Assembly: GCA_025450635.1 (NCBI GenBank)
Contig: JANWHA010000034.1
Location: forward strand, 1-61,188
Origin: Croceibacterium sp.
GTDB lineage: Bacteria > Pseudomonadota > Alphaproteobacteria > Sphingomonadales > Sphingomonadaceae
Direction of reading: 5' to 3'
Length of the DNA: 61,188 nucleotides
In this document: piece by piece, positions 36,521 through 47,051 of the stretch
Position numbering within the stretch: the first letter of the stretch is position 1
Layout: each line of letters opens with the position of its first letter
Notes under the pieces: model-generated
Told to the model about the DNA's origin: nothing
Databases searched by the model: none
What the model saw: the letters and a program-made list of their open reading frames with translations, nothing else
Position numbers and translations under genes: made by a program

Positions 36521-38302
36521 ATGCCCGAAGGGCCGCCAACCCGCCGGCTGCGTTCGCGCGACTGGTTCGACAACGCCGAGCGCTGGGACCAGACCGCGCT
36601 CTATCTCGAGCGCTTCATGAACTTCGGCATCACGCCCGAGGAGCTGCGAAGCGGCAAGCCGGTCATCGGCATCGCCCAATCAGGCAGCGACCTGGTGCCC
36701 TGCAACCGCATCCACCTCGATCTCGCCGAGCGAACCAAGGCGGGTATTCGCGACGCCGGGGGCATTCCGCTGGAGTTCCCGGTCCACCCCATCTTCGAGA
36801 ATTGCCGCCGGCCGACCGCCGCGCTCGACCGCAACCTGCTCTATATCGGGCTGGTCGAGATTCTCAACGGCTACCCGTTCGACGGCGTGGTGCTGACCAC
36901 CGGGTGCGACAAAACCACGCCGAGCCAGATCATGGCCGCGAGCACGGTCGACATCCCGGCGATCGTGTTCTCGGGCGGCCCGATGCTCGACGGATACCAC
37001 GAAGGCGAGCTGGTTGGTTCGGGAACAGTGATCTGGAGGAGCCGCCGCAAGCTCGCCGCGGGCGAGATCGACGAGGCCGAATTCCTCCGCCGCGCGCTCG
37101 ACAGCGCACCCAGCGCCGGCCACTGCAACACGATGGGCACCGCGAGCACGATGAACGCGGTCGCCGAAGCGCTCGGCCTGTCGCTGACGGGCTGCGCGGC
37201 GGTGCCGGCGCCATACAAGGAACGCGGCCAGTTTGCCTATCGCAGCGGCCGACGGATCGTCGAGATGGTGCACGAAGATCTGCGCCCCAGCCGCATCCTG
37301 ACCCGCGAGGCCTTCCTCAACGCAATCGCGGCGGTGACGGCGCTGGGCGGTTCGTCCAACGCGCAGCCGCACATCGTCGCCATGGCGCGCCACGCCGGCG
37401 TCGAGATCGCCGCGGACGACTGGCGGCACGGCTACGAGCTGCCCCTGCTCGTCAACATGCAGCCCGCCGGGCAGTATCTCGGAGAGCGCTTCCACCGCGC
37501 CGGCGGGGTGCCGGCGGTCCTGTGGGAGTTGCTCCAGGCCGGCAAGCTGCACGGCCAATGCCTGACCTGCACCGGGCGGACGCTGGCCGAGAACCTCGCC
37601 GGCCGCGAGAGCGACGACCGCGAGATGATCCGCCCGTTCGCCGATCCGCTGCAGGAGAATGCCGGCTTCCTGGTCCTCTCCGGCAACCTGTTCGACTTCG
37701 CGATCATGAAGACGTCGGTGATCTCCGAGGACTTCCGGCGCCGTTACTTGTGCCGCCCGGGCCATGAAGGATGCTTCGAAGCGCGGGCGATCGTGTTCGA
37801 CGGCGGCGAGGATTACCACGCGCGGATCAACGATCCTTCGCTCGGCATCGACGAGGACTGCATCCTGGTGATGCGCGGCGCCGGGGTGCTCGGCTGGCCG
37901 GGCAGCGCCGAGGTGGTCAACATGCAGCCGCCCGACTCCCTGATCCAGCGCGGCGTCCGCTGGTTGCCGACCCTCGGCGACGGACGCCAGTCCGGCACCA
38001 GCGACAGTCCCTCGATCCTCAACGCCAGCCCGGAAAGCGCGGCGGGCGGCGGGCTCGCCTGGTTGCGGACCGGCGACATGGTCCGCGTCGACCTCAACGC
38101 CGGAACCTGCAACGCGCTGGTCGACGAAGCCGAGATCGCTCGCCGCAGGGCCGAAGGCTCCCCGCCGCCGATCCCGCCGTCGAACACGCCGTGGGAAGAG
38201 CTGTTCCGCGAGAAGACCGGGCAACTTGGCGAAGGCGGGGTGATGGACTTCGCGCTGAAGTATCGCGGCACCTCGAAGAAGCTGCCGCGACACAATCACT
38301 GA
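36521..38302 (+). CDS. xylD: IlvD/Edd family dehydratase, probable D-xylonate dehydratase
   Basis: LRSRDWFDN, PCNRIH, TTGCDKT, GHCNTMGTAS, GDGRQSGT, PRHNH end; Weimberg genes nearby. Confidence 0.85.
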   Translation: MPEGPPTRRLRSRDWFDNAERWDQTALYLERFMNFGITPEELRSGKPVIGIAQSGSDLVPCNRIHLDLAERTKAGIRDAGGIPLEFPVHPIFENCRRPTAALDRNLLYIGLVEILNGYPFDGVVLTTGCDKTTPSQIMAASTVDIPAIVFSGGPMLDGYHEGELVGSGTVIWRSRRKLAAGEIDEAEFLRRALDSAPSAGHCNTMGTASTMNAVAEALGLSLTGCAAVPAPYKERGQFAYRSGRRIVEMVHEDLRPSRILTREAFLNAIAAVTALGGSSNAQPHIVAMARHAGVEIAADDWRHGYELPLLVNMQPAGQYLGERFHRAGGVPAVLWELLQAGKLHGQCLTCTGRTLAENLAGRESDDREMIRPFADPLQENAGFLVLSGNLFDFAIMKTSVISEDFRRRYLCRPGHEGCFEARAIVFDGGEDYHARINDPSLGIDEDCILVMRGAGVLGWPGSAEVVNMQPPDSLIQRGVRWLPTLGDGRQSGTSDSPSILNASPESAAGGGLAWLRTGDMVRVDLNAGTCNALVDEAEIARRRAEGSPPPIPPSNTPWEELFREKTGQLGEGGVMDFALKYRGTSKKLPRHNH

Positions 38303-38330
38303 GAGTATCGCGTCGCCTTGCTGGCGCGAG

Positions 38331-39176
38331 CTATCGAAGCGAAATCTGCATCGTCAGCGTAGCGGAACAGCCGGGGGGCAGGACGATCATTTCCTCAGGC
38401 GCGCGATTGAGGGCGCTCGGGGAGTGACTGACCGGCTCGCAGCACAGCGCGCTGCCATCGGCCGGGGCGTAAAGGTGGAGTTGCGGGGCGCCTGACGCCG
38501 ACATGGTAATCGTGCCGAGGTCGTCTTCGATCACCGCCTCGCCGCTCCACCCAACGAAACAATGATCGAGCGTTTCGACCGGCAACCGCTCGCCGGCGGC
38601 GAAATCGCCGAAGTGATCCGCCGGAGCAGTGACACCGGTCGGCAGGCACTCCGCGTCGCTTAGCAGCACATGATCGGCAACGAACTGCACGCGAGTGCTC
38701 GGACCGCGGCGGAAATAGGTATGCAGGCCGATCCCGGCGGGCATCGCGGTTTCGCCGCGGTTGGCCAGCACCAGCGTAACGGCGCAGCCCTTGTCGTCCA
38801 GGCGGATGCGCTGCTCGGCCGAGTAAGCCCAGGGCCAGGGGCCGGAGCCGTCATACTCGTCGGTGAGCACGCACTTGCTGGATGCGCGGCTTACGACCCG
38901 CCACGGCCGCTGCCATGAAAGGCCGTGAAGGCTGTGGCGCTCGGGCGGGAAATTCGGCGGTAACGTCAACGGCCTGCCGCGGAAGGTGAAGCGGCCCTCG
39001 CGGATGCGGTTGCAATAGGGCGCCAGCGGAAAGCATGCCGACTCGAGCGCGTTGGTCGAGCTTTCCGGCATCGTCCGCAGCACTTCGAGGCCGTCGAAGG
39101 TCAGCGAGGCGAGCGAACCGCCGATGTCCGGCCGCAGCGTGGCCTGCCAGCCACCGGCGACGAGCGTCAGCGTCAC
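38331..39176 (-). CDS. Aldose 1-epimerase family protein
   Basis: FPLAPYCNRIREG, HSLHG, GLHTYF, LDHCF, CEPVSH. Confidence 0.88.
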   Translation of the reverse strand: MTLTLVAGGWQATLRPDIGGSLASLTFDGLEVLRTMPESSTNALESACFPLAPYCNRIREGRFTFRGRPLTLPPNFPPERHSLHGLSWQRPWRVVSRASSKCVLTDEYDGSGPWPWAYSAEQRIRLDDKGCAVTLVLANRGETAMPAGIGLHTYFRRGPSTRVQFVADHVLLSDAECLPTGVTAPADHFGDFAAGERLPVETLDHCFVGWSGEAVIEDDLGTITMSASGAPQLHLYAPADGSALCCEPVSHSPSALNRAPEEMIVLPPGCSATLTMQISLR

Positions 39177-41068
39177 TGGGTGATCGGCAGCTCGAAGCCG
39201 GGCACCGGCAGCGCGCGTGCGTCGTAGAGGTTGACCGCCGGGCTATCGATCCAGGCATAGCGAACGCGGGTCGCTGCCTTGCCGTCGTCGGCGATGCTCA
39301 GCGTGTCGCCGGTGGCGGTGGCCGCGGCGTAGCGGCAAGATTGCTGCGTTTCGGCGCACAGCTCGACGCCGATCGCATGGCCGCTGCTCCAGGTGTGGAG
39401 ACCACCTTCGACGCCGGAGAAGCCGACCACGACCGCTCCGCCTTGCCGCGTGGCCGACACGGGCATGATCAGCGCCTTGCCCTCGGCCCCCATCGCCAGG
39501 CGCAAGCCGACATCGAGCTTGTCGGTCGGATGGAGGTTGTTGTTCTCGCCGATGTCGAGCGTCGGAATAAGCGCAGCGTCCTTGTCGGCCGCGACCGCCT
39601 TGAATTCCTCGTTGCGGATTTCCGCCCAGCCGGACTCGGTCGGGTGCTCGGTAGTGGGGCCCCAATTGGGCAGCTGCACGACGAGCATCTTGGCCCCCTG
39701 CCCGATCTGCTGGCGCCAGCCGGCGAACAGCTCGCGCAGGCGGTCGGCGTAGCCGGGGATGCCGACGTCGCTCTCGCCCTGGTACCAGGCCATGCCGGTC
39801 ATCGCGAAGTGGCCGAACGGGGCGATCATCTTGTTGTACATCAACCCGATGCCGGCGATCCCGTCCCACGGCGCGCGCGGCGGGTAATCGGTGACCTTGG
39901 AGATCGAATAGCGCCAGCCCTCGCCGAGCGCGATGCTCGCGCCGCCGGTGACGTCGAACGACAGGCGGTCCGGCTTGCTCTCCATCCCGCCCGCGCCATA
40001 GCTGTTGGTGACCAGCACCATCACGTCGTTCGCGCCCGCCTTCAGGAAGGACGCCGGGATCCGGTAATGCCGCTCGTCGCTCCAGCTCGAAGTGTTGCCG
40101 ACCGGGCGGCCGTTGACGAAGGTCATGTCGATATCGTCGACCAGGCCGATGTTGAGGGTGCCGCCGGCCTTGGCCTGCGCAGGGGTGAGCGTGAAGGTGC
40201 GGCGCATCCACACGTTGCCGTTGCCGTTGGTGGCGAGCGGGGTGCCCTTCCATTCGCCCCACGCCGAGATCTGCGGCACCGGCTGCCAGGCGAGGTTATC
40301 TGGGTTGGTCCACGGCGACTGATGGTCGTGCTCGGTCCACCATGTCTCCCACCCGGGCGCGAAGGCGGTCACAGCGGCGAGCGGGTCCTTGCCGTATTCG
40401 GCGAGCTGCGCCATCGCGCCCGCGCCATAGAGCTTCGCGCCGCCTTGCGGCGTGAGCCAGGCGCGGATTTGCGAGCCGCCCCAATTCGAATGGATCGCGC
40501 CGATCGGAATCTTGAGATCGCGCCGCAGCTGCCGCGCCATGAAGTAGCAGGCGCCGGAAAAGTCCTTGACGCTGTCGGGCGAGGCGGCGGCCCAGGCGAC
40601 CTTGCCGCCAAAGTCCTTCTGCGGAGTGAGCGCGGTGACCTTGGGGATCATCAGCACGCGCAGGCCGTCGTCGGCGGATTGCTGCGCCGCGAGCGGTCCG
40701 CCGGCCGAGTTCCACAGCGAGAATTCCATGTTCGACTGTCCGCCGCACAGCCATACGTCGCCGACGAGCAGGTCGGAGACGGCGGCGGCGGTTCCGTCGG
40801 CGCCAGTGATGGTCAGTGCGATTGGATCGCTCGAGGCAGGGCGCGGCGGGAAGGTGAGCGCGAAGGAACCGTCCTTCGCCGCCGTCGCGTTGGCCGCCAC
40901 GCCGCCTAGCGTTCCGTGGAGCATTTCGCCCGGCTTGGCGGTGCCCTCGACCACGACCGGCCGATCGCGCTGGATCACCGCGTGGTCGGTCCATACCGGA
41001 CCGAGCGAGGGCGCAGCCAGCGCGGGAGACGCCAGCAGGGCCGCGAGAAAGGCGGCGTATCGGATCAC
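39173..41068 (-). CDS. Sialate O-acetylesterase-family (SGNH) carbohydrate acetylesterase, secreted
   Basis: Signal peptide ..PALA; GDVWLCGGQSNME, WYQGESD, VQLPNW, LHP, VRYAW; internal beta-sandwich insert. Confidence 0.88.
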   Translation of the reverse strand: MIRYAAFLAALLASPALAAPSLGPVWTDHAVIQRDRPVVVEGTAKPGEMLHGTLGGVAANATAAKDGSFALTFPPRPASSDPIALTITGADGTAAAVSDLLVGDVWLCGGQSNMEFSLWNSAGGPLAAQQSADDGLRVLMIPKVTALTPQKDFGGKVAWAAASPDSVKDFSGACYFMARQLRRDLKIPIGAIHSNWGGSQIRAWLTPQGGAKLYGAGAMAQLAEYGKDPLAAVTAFAPGWETWWTEHDHQSPWTNPDNLAWQPVPQISAWGEWKGTPLATNGNGNVWMRRTFTLTPAQAKAGGTLNIGLVDDIDMTFVNGRPVGNTSSWSDERHYRIPASFLKAGANDVMVLVTNSYGAGGMESKPDRLSFDVTGGASIALGEGWRYSISKVTDYPPRAPWDGIAGIGLMYNKMIAPFGHFAMTGMAWYQGESDVGIPGYADRLRELFAGWRQQIGQGAKMLVVQLPNWGPTTEHPTESGWAEIRNEEFKAVAADKDAALIPTLDIGENNNLHPTDKLDVGLRLAMGAEGKALIMPVSATRQGGAVVVGFSGVEGGLHTWSSGHAIGVELCAETQQSCRYAAATATGDTLSIADDGKAATRVRYAWIDSPAVNLYDARALPVPGFELPITQ

Positions 41069-41946
41069 GAGAGCTTCACCCGCGTCGCGGCGAAGCCCGC
41101 CACCGGCGATTCAAATGCCAGCAGACTGCCCGCAAGCGGTTGCGTGGCGAGCTTCTCGGCGCTGAGCCCGGCGCGGGCGCTGGTGACGTACGCGGTCTTC
41201 ATATCCTCGCCGCCGAAGCACAGCTTGGTCAGGTTCGACGTCGGCATCGCCACCGTCATATCTAGCCGCCCGTCGGGCGCAAAGCGGGCGATGCGGTCAC
41301 CGGCATAAAGCCCGCTCCACAGGAACCCCTCGGCATCGCATACCGGCCCGTCCGGATAAGCGTTCGGGAAATGCGCCTTGCTGTCGACGAAGGGGCGCAC
41401 GGGGCCGAGGCTGCCGTCGTCGCGGATCTCGGCCGCGAGGATCTTCTGCCCGAGTGTGTCGGTGAAATAGATCGTCTTGCCGTCGGGGCTGACCGCCGGA
41501 CCGTTGGTGATCGACACGCGGTCGGGGCCGGCCGGCGTCACCTGGCCCTTGTCGAACACGTAGAACCGCCCGGTGTCGGCCTTCTCGCCGTCATCCATCG
41601 TGCCGAGCCAGGCGCGGCCGCGGGTGTCGGTGCAGGCGTCGTTGTTGCGGTTGCTCGCCGGTTCGCCGGGCACGTCGCGCAGGCGCGTGAAGCTCTGGTG
41701 CGTCGGGTCGAACGTCCACAGCCCTTCCTTGAGCCCGCACAGCAGCAGGCCGTTCTCCGCCGGGAGCACCCAGCCGACCTGGTCGGGCGCCACGGCTTTG
41801 GCGTTACTGCCGGTCGCCGGGTCGTAATGCCACACGTGATGTTTCTTGATGTCGACGAACCAGACGACCTTGCGCTGCGCATCCCAGAACGCGCCTTCGC
41901 CGAGCGTACACTCGGTGTGGAGGACCTCGCGTACCGGGACGTTCAT
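41065..41946 (-). CDS. xylC: SMP-30/gluconolactonase family, probable D-xylonolactonase
   Basis: LGEGAFWD, WFVDI, RNNDA, NGPAVSPDG, PDGPVCDAEG, FGGEDMKTAYVTSA; ATGA-coupled to xylB. Confidence 0.87.
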   Translation of the reverse strand: MNVPVREVLHTECTLGEGAFWDAQRKVVWFVDIKKHHVWHYDPATGSNAKAVAPDQVGWVLPAENGLLLCGLKEGLWTFDPTHQSFTRLRDVPGEPASNRNNDACTDTRGRAWLGTMDDGEKADTGRFYVFDKGQVTPAGPDRVSITNGPAVSPDGKTIYFTDTLGQKILAAEIRDDGSLGPVRPFVDSKAHFPNAYPDGPVCDAEGFLWSGLYAGDRIARFAPDGRLDMTVAMPTSNLTKLCFGGEDMKTAYVTSARAGLSAEKLATQPLAGSLLAFESPVAGFAATRVKLS

Positions 41947-42728
41947 CTCCATCCGGCGTCGACCCAATAGTTGTGCGCGGTGCAAAAGCGGGCATCGTCG
42001 CTCGCCAGGAACAGCGCCATCGCGGCAATGTCGCGCGGCTGAATGCGCCCCTCGAGGCACTGCTGGGCGACAATCTCGGCCTCGCCCTCGGGCGTGTACC
42101 ACTGCATCTGCCGCGGCGTCTGCACGTTGCCCGGAATGATCGCGTTGACGCGGATGCCGTCGCGCCCGAACTCGCGCGCCAGGCTGCGGGTGAGGCCCTC
42201 GATCGCCGCCTTGGCGGTCTGGTACAGCGTCAGGTCCGCGAGGCCGAGGTGCCAGCTGATCGAACCGAGGTTGATGATCGAGCCCCCGCCGGCTGCCTTC
42301 ATCGCCGGGATCACGGTCTTGGCGCCGAAGAACTGATGCTTGAGGTTCACCGCCATCCGTTCGTCCCAATAGGCCGTGGTCACTTCCTCGACTTTGTGCC
42401 GGTCGTCATTGGCGGCGTTGTTGATCAGCACGTCGCAACCGCCGAGCTGGTCGACGATGTCGAGGACCTTGGCGCTGTAATTGGCGCAGTTTCGGATGTC
42501 GCAATGGATGAACAGCGGCGGAATCGTCGCGTCGGCCAGCCGGGCGACGAGCGCCTTGCTCGGCTTGTCCTGGATGTCGACGAACGCCACGGCCGCACCC
42601 TGGCGCACGAACGCTTCGACGATGGCCTCGCCGATGCCCGTGGCGCCACCGCTGATGATGACGCGCTTGCCGGAGAGGCTGGGATAGACGGCCTCTTGCG
42701 CGATCGGCTTGATAATTCCCTCCGCCAA
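41943..42728 (-). CDS. xylB: SDR, D-xylose 1-dehydrogenase (Caulobacter XylB-like)
   Basis: YPSLSGKRV, GGATGIG, NNAANDDRH, YWDER, SWHLG, YQTAK; TTG start. Confidence 0.9.
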   Translation of the reverse strand: MAEGIIKPIAQEAVYPSLSGKRVIISGGATGIGEAIVEAFVRQGAAVAFVDIQDKPSKALVARLADATIPPLFIHCDIRNCANYSAKVLDIVDQLGGCDVLINNAANDDRHKVEEVTTAYWDERMAVNLKHQFFGAKTVIPAMKAAGGGSIINLGSISWHLGLADLTLYQTAKAAIEGLTRSLAREFGRDGIRVNAIIPGNVQTPRQMQWYTPEGEAEIVAQQCLEGRIQPRDIAAMALFLASDDARFCTAHNYWVDAGWR

Positions 42729-42732
42729 CTGC

Positions 42733-44172
42733 TTAATCCCCTGTGTAAACTGTCTTGATCTGGGTGTAGAATTCGACCGCCGCGAAGCCCTGCTCGCGCG
42801 GCCCGTAGCTCGATCCGCGGGTGCCGCCGAAGGGGACGTGGTAATCCACGCCGGCGGTCGGCAGGTTGATCATCACCATCCCGGCGCGGACGTTCTTGCG
42901 GAAGTCACGGATCAGCTTGGCGTTGTTCGAGACGATGCCGGCACTGAGGCCGAATTCGCCGCGGTTGGCGAGTTCGAGCGCTTCGGCGTAATCCTTCGCG
43001 CGGATCGTCGAGACGACCGGGCCGAACACTTCCTCGCAATTGATGCGCATGTCGGGGTCGGTGTCGGCAATCACGGTCGGTTGCATGAAGTAGCCCGGCG
43101 TTTCGAGATCGAGCTTGTCGCCGCCCGCTGCCAGCCGTCCGCCTTCGCCGGTGGCGATGCCGACGTAGCTCATGTTCTGTTCGAACTGACTTTCGCTCGA
43201 CGCCGGGCCGACCTGCGTGCCTTCCGCCAGCGCTGGGCCGACCTTGAGGCTCTTGGCGCGCTCGGCCAAAGCGGCAACGAACTTGTCGTGGATCGCGTCT
43301 TCGACGATGACGCGGCTCGAGGCGGTGCAGCGCTGGCCGGTCTGGAAGAACCCGCCATCCGCGGCGATCGCCACCGCCTTGTCGAGATCGGCGTCGGCGA
43401 GGATGACCAGCGGGTTCTTGCCGCCCATCTCGAGCTGCACCCGCGCCTGGCGCGCGACCGCACTTTTGGCCACGCCCGAGCCGACGCCTTGCGAGCCGGT
43501 AAAGCTGATCGCGGCGACGTCGCGATGATCGACGATCGCCTGGCCCACGCGGCCGCGGCCGAGCACGAGGTTGAACACCCCGGGCGGGATGCCCGCGTCT
43601 TCCAGCACCTTGGTCAGCGCCGCCGCCACCGCCGAGGTGATGTTGGCGGGCTTGAGCACCACGGTGTTGCCGAACGCCAGCGCCGGCGCGGCCTTCCACG
43701 CCGGGATCGCGATCGGGAAGTTCCACGGCGTGATCAGCCCGACGACGCCGAGCGCCTCGCGATAGGTGGCGACATCGAGACCAGGGCGGGTGGATTCGAG
43801 CGTCTGGCCGTGGCGCCGCAGCGCTTCGCCGGCGAAATAGAGCAGGATGCGCGCCGCGCGCAGCGTTTCGCCGATGCCTTCGGCGCGGGTCTTGCCCTCT
43901 TCGCGGGCGAGCAATTCGCCGATTTCGTTCGAGCGGACGAACAACGTCTCGCCGGCCTTGCGCAGCACGTCCGAGCGAACCTCGGGCGAAGCATTGGCCC
44001 AGCCGGGTTGCGCCTGCTTGGCCGCGGCGACCGCGCGCTCCACCTCGTCCGCGGCGCCGTCGGGAAAGCGCGCGACGACGTCGTCGGTGTTCGACGGGTT
44101 GCGGCTTTCGAGCGCGCCGTCGGCGGCGGTCCATTCACCGCCGATGAAATGTCCGAGTGTCTGCGTATTCAT
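42733..44172 (-). CDS. Aldehyde dehydrogenase, probable alpha-ketoglutarate semialdehyde dehydrogenase (Weimberg XylA)
   Basis: [36 protein letters not shown]; lies between xylX and xylB; ATG 44172 after AGGA. Confidence 0.88.
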   Translation of the reverse strand: MNTQTLGHFIGGEWTAADGALESRNPSNTDDVVARFPDGAADEVERAVAAAKQAQPGWANASPEVRSDVLRKAGETLFVRSNEIGELLAREEGKTRAEGIGETLRAARILLYFAGEALRRHGQTLESTRPGLDVATYREALGVVGLITPWNFPIAIPAWKAAPALAFGNTVVLKPANITSAVAAALTKVLEDAGIPPGVFNLVLGRGRVGQAIVDHRDVAAISFTGSQGVGSGVAKSAVARQARVQLEMGGKNPLVILADADLDKAVAIAADGGFFQTGQRCTASSRVIVEDAIHDKFVAALAERAKSLKVGPALAEGTQVGPASSESQFEQNMSYVGIATGEGGRLAAGGDKLDLETPGYFMQPTVIADTDPDMRINCEEVFGPVVSTIRAKDYAEALELANRGEFGLSAGIVSNNAKLIRDFRKNVRAGMVMINLPTAGVDYHVPFGGTRGSSYGPREQGFAAVEFYTQIKTVYTGD

Positions 44173-44180
44173 GTGCGTCC

Positions 44181-45305
44181 TTAAATCCTCTCGGCCAGCC
44201 CGCGCGCGGCGAGGTTGCGCATGAACGCACCGATGCCGAGCTCCCACGGCGCGGCGTCGCGCGAGGTGGTGACCGTGTTGACCAGCTTGCCGAGCCGGCG
44301 CGAGGAGATCGTCACCGCGTCGCCGATCTTGTGGGTGAAGCCGCCGCCCGGCGTGTCGCGGTCCTGAGTCGGCGCGAACAGCGTGCCACAGAACAGCACA
44401 AAGCCGTCCGGGTAGTGATGCTCGGACAACGTCTGCTTCACGAGGTCGAGCGGATCGCGGCTGATCTGGCCCATGTCGTTGCTGCCTTCGAGGCGATAGC
44501 CTTCGGGCCCTTCGATGATCAGGTCGACATTCGCCCGGCGCACGTCGTCGAGCGTGAAATTGCCGTCGAACAGGCGGACCATCGGCCCGATCGCACAACT
44601 GGCGGTGTTGTCCTTGGCCTTCGACAGCAGCAGCGCCGAGCGACCTTCGAAATCGCGTAAGTTGACATCGTTGCCGAGCGTCGCGCCGACCACTTCGCCG
44701 CGCGGGTCGACCGCCAGCACCACTTCGGGCTCGGGGTTGTTCCACGCCGAGTCCGAACGCACGCCGATCTCGGCCCCCGAACCGACCGTGGAGAGCACCG
44801 GCGACTTCGAGAACACTTCGGCGTCGGGGCCGATCGCCACTTCGAGGTATTGCGACCACATGCCCTCGTCGATCAGCGCCTGCTTGAGCTCGGCCGCCTC
44901 GCGCCCCCCCGGCACGACCGCGCGGATGCCCGCGCCGACCTTGCTCTCGAGCATCTCGCGGATCTCCACCGCCCGGCTGGCATCGCCGCGCGCACGCTCC
45001 TCGATCACCCGCTCGATGGCCGAAACGGCGAACGTCACCCCGCACGCCTTCACGCACTGCAGGTCGACCGGCGATAGCAGAGTCCAGCCGGCGGGCAGGC
45101 CCTGTTCGACCGAGCCGAGATCGCGCCCGCCGCCGAATTGCCGGCGCTCGATTGCCCCGGCAACGGTCGCGGCATCCTCCGTCAGGTCGAAAATCCGGCC
45201 GCCGCGAACGAGAATCACGCAAGGGCCGGCCGGCGCCAGAGCCCGGCCGATGAACAGACCGGATGCATAGTCCGGCGGCAGCAAATCCTGCAGCGTTTCG
45301 GCCAT
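44181..45305 (-). CDS. xylX: FAH family protein, probable 2-keto-3-deoxy-D-xylonate dehydratase
   Basis: DLQCVKACGVTF, ERVIEERARGD, WSQYLEVAIGPDAEVF, WNNPEPE, NDVNLRDFEGRSALLL, GTLFAPTQDR. Confidence 0.9.
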   Translation of the reverse strand: MAETLQDLLPPDYASGLFIGRALAPAGPCVILVRGGRIFDLTEDAATVAGAIERRQFGGGRDLGSVEQGLPAGWTLLSPVDLQCVKACGVTFAVSAIERVIEERARGDASRAVEIREMLESKVGAGIRAVVPGGREAAELKQALIDEGMWSQYLEVAIGPDAEVFSKSPVLSTVGSGAEIGVRSDSAWNNPEPEVVLAVDPRGEVVGATLGNDVNLRDFEGRSALLLSKAKDNTASCAIGPMVRLFDGNFTLDDVRRANVDLIIEGPEGYRLEGSNDMGQISRDPLDLVKQTLSEHHYPDGFVLFCGTLFAPTQDRDTPGGGFTHKIGDAVTISSRRLGKLVNTVTTSRDAAPWELGIGAFMRNLAARGLAERI

Positions 45306-45328
45306 CAGCCGCCTGTTGCCCTCTCCGT

Positions 45329-45342
45329 TGATAGCGCTACCA
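45329..45342. promoter_or_regulatory. LacI/XylR-type operator (site 4)
   Basis: TGATAGCGCTACCA (identical to site 3) between divergent xylX and GH43. Confidence 0.9.
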
Positions 45343-45398
45343 TATGAGCGAGGATGAACGGGAGAGCAAGCCCTTCATCCCATATCGGAGGAATTCAC

Positions 45399-47048
45399 AT
45401 GCGCGAAGCGTTGGCGGCGGCGGCGGCGATCCTGGCACTGGTTTCAACGCCTGGCAGCGCGGCGCCAGCCGCGCGCTTCGCCAATCTGACCTACGTGGCC
45501 GAAACCATTCGCGTCACGCCGGCCGGCAGCTACCGCAACCCGATCCTGCCGGGCTTCCAGCCCGACCCTTCAATCGTGCGCGTCGGGGCCGATTTCTACC
45601 TCGTCAACTCGACCTTCGCGTGGTTCCCGGGCATCCCGGTCTACCACAGCCGCGACCTGGTGCACTGGCGCCAGATCGGCAACGCGATCGACCGGCCCGG
45701 GATGCTCGACTTCCGCGGTCTCGGCATCGAGCGCGGGGTGTTTGCGCCGGCGATCAGCTGGCACGATGGCACGTTCTACATCCTCAACACCTGTGTCGAT
45801 TGCGGCGGCAACTTCCTCATCACCGCCAGGAACCCGGCCGGGCCGTGGTCGAACCCGGTGTGGCTGAAGTTCGACGGAATCGATTGCTCGCTGTTCGTCG
45901 ACGACGACGGAACCGCTTGGATCGTCAACAACGGCGAACCGCCGGAGAGGCCGCGCTACGACGGCCACCGGGCACTGTGGATTCAGCAGTTCGATCTCAA
46001 GACGCTCAAGCTGTTCGGCCCGCGCAAGGTGCTGGTCGACGGCGGCGTTCACCCGCAGGATAAGCCCGTCTGGGCCGAGGGCCCGCACATGTTCAAGCGC
46101 GACGGCTGGTACTACCTGATGGCGGCCGAAGGCGGGACGGCGGAGAACCATTCGGAGACGATCTATCGCTCACGCCGGCCAGACGGCCCGTACGTGCCCG
46201 GACCGGTCAACCCGATCCTCACCCAGCGCGACTTGCCGTCCGCCCGGCCGAACCGCGTGGAGGCCACCGGCCACGCCCAATTGGTCCACTTGCCGGACGG
46301 CACGTGGTGGGGCGTGTTCCTGGCGACGCGGCCCTTTGCCGGCCAATCGACCCTGCTCGGCCGCGAGACCTGGCTGCTGCCGGTCAGCTGGAAAGACGGC
46401 TGGCCGCTGTTCCTTCCCGCCGACGTGCCGGTGCCGTTGGTGGTGAAGAAACCGGCCCTGCCCGCTTCTCGCGGCAGCCAATGGGACCGCTGGACCGACG
46501 ATTTCATCGAACGCGCGCTGTCCCCCGAATGGCTGCGCTTGCGCAATCCTCCGCCGGTGCGCGACTACGCGCTACATGACGGCGATCTCGTGCTCTTCCC
46601 GGGCCATGAACCGGCTGGGAGCCTCGGCACGCCAACGTTCTATGGTCGTCGCCTGCGGCACCCGACCGCGACGATTTCGACCACGGTCCGCTTCGCGCCC
46701 GAGCACCCCGGCGATTTCGCCGGCCTGCTGGCGTTCATGGACGAGGCCCATTTCCTCGCCTTCGGAGTCGAGGGCGACCACAGCGTCAGGACCATCGTCG
46801 CTCGCCTGCGCACCGATCCCAAGCAGGACCAGCGCGGCACGATCGTGGCGAGCGCACCGCTGACGGCGGCGGGGCCCGTAGAGTTGCGCATCGCCATCGA
46901 CCGCGGCCGGGCGGATCTGAGCTGGCGCGCGCCCGGGAAAGCTTGGCATCGTCTCGCAGCCGATGTGGACGTTGAGCCGCTCGCCTCGGTCCACGCGGGC
47001 CTGTTCACCGGGCTGGTGATCGGCCCCTATGCCCTCGCCGGACGCTAG
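45399..47048 (+). CDS. GH43 beta-xylosidase/alpha-L-arabinofuranosidase with C-terminal beta-sandwich
   Basis: YRNPILPGFQPDPS, FAP, GIDCSLF, WAEGPH, AEGGT, TGHA, LGRET; ATG 45399 after GGAGG; signal peptide. Confidence 0.92.
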   Translation: MREALAAAAAILALVSTPGSAAPAARFANLTYVAETIRVTPAGSYRNPILPGFQPDPSIVRVGADFYLVNSTFAWFPGIPVYHSRDLVHWRQIGNAIDRPGMLDFRGLGIERGVFAPAISWHDGTFYILNTCVDCGGNFLITARNPAGPWSNPVWLKFDGIDCSLFVDDDGTAWIVNNGEPPERPRYDGHRALWIQQFDLKTLKLFGPRKVLVDGGVHPQDKPVWAEGPHMFKRDGWYYLMAAEGGTAENHSETIYRSRRPDGPYVPGPVNPILTQRDLPSARPNRVEATGHAQLVHLPDGTWWGVFLATRPFAGQSTLLGRETWLLPVSWKDGWPLFLPADVPVPLVVKKPALPASRGSQWDRWTDDFIERALSPEWLRLRNPPPVRDYALHDGDLVLFPGHEPAGSLGTPTFYGRRLRHPTATISTTVRFAPEHPGDFAGLLAFMDEAHFLAFGVEGDHSVRTIVARLRTDPKQDQRGTIVASAPLTAAGPVELRIAIDRGRADLSWRAPGKAWHRLAADVDVEPLASVHAGLFTGLVIGPYALAGR

Positions 47049-47051
47049 CGC

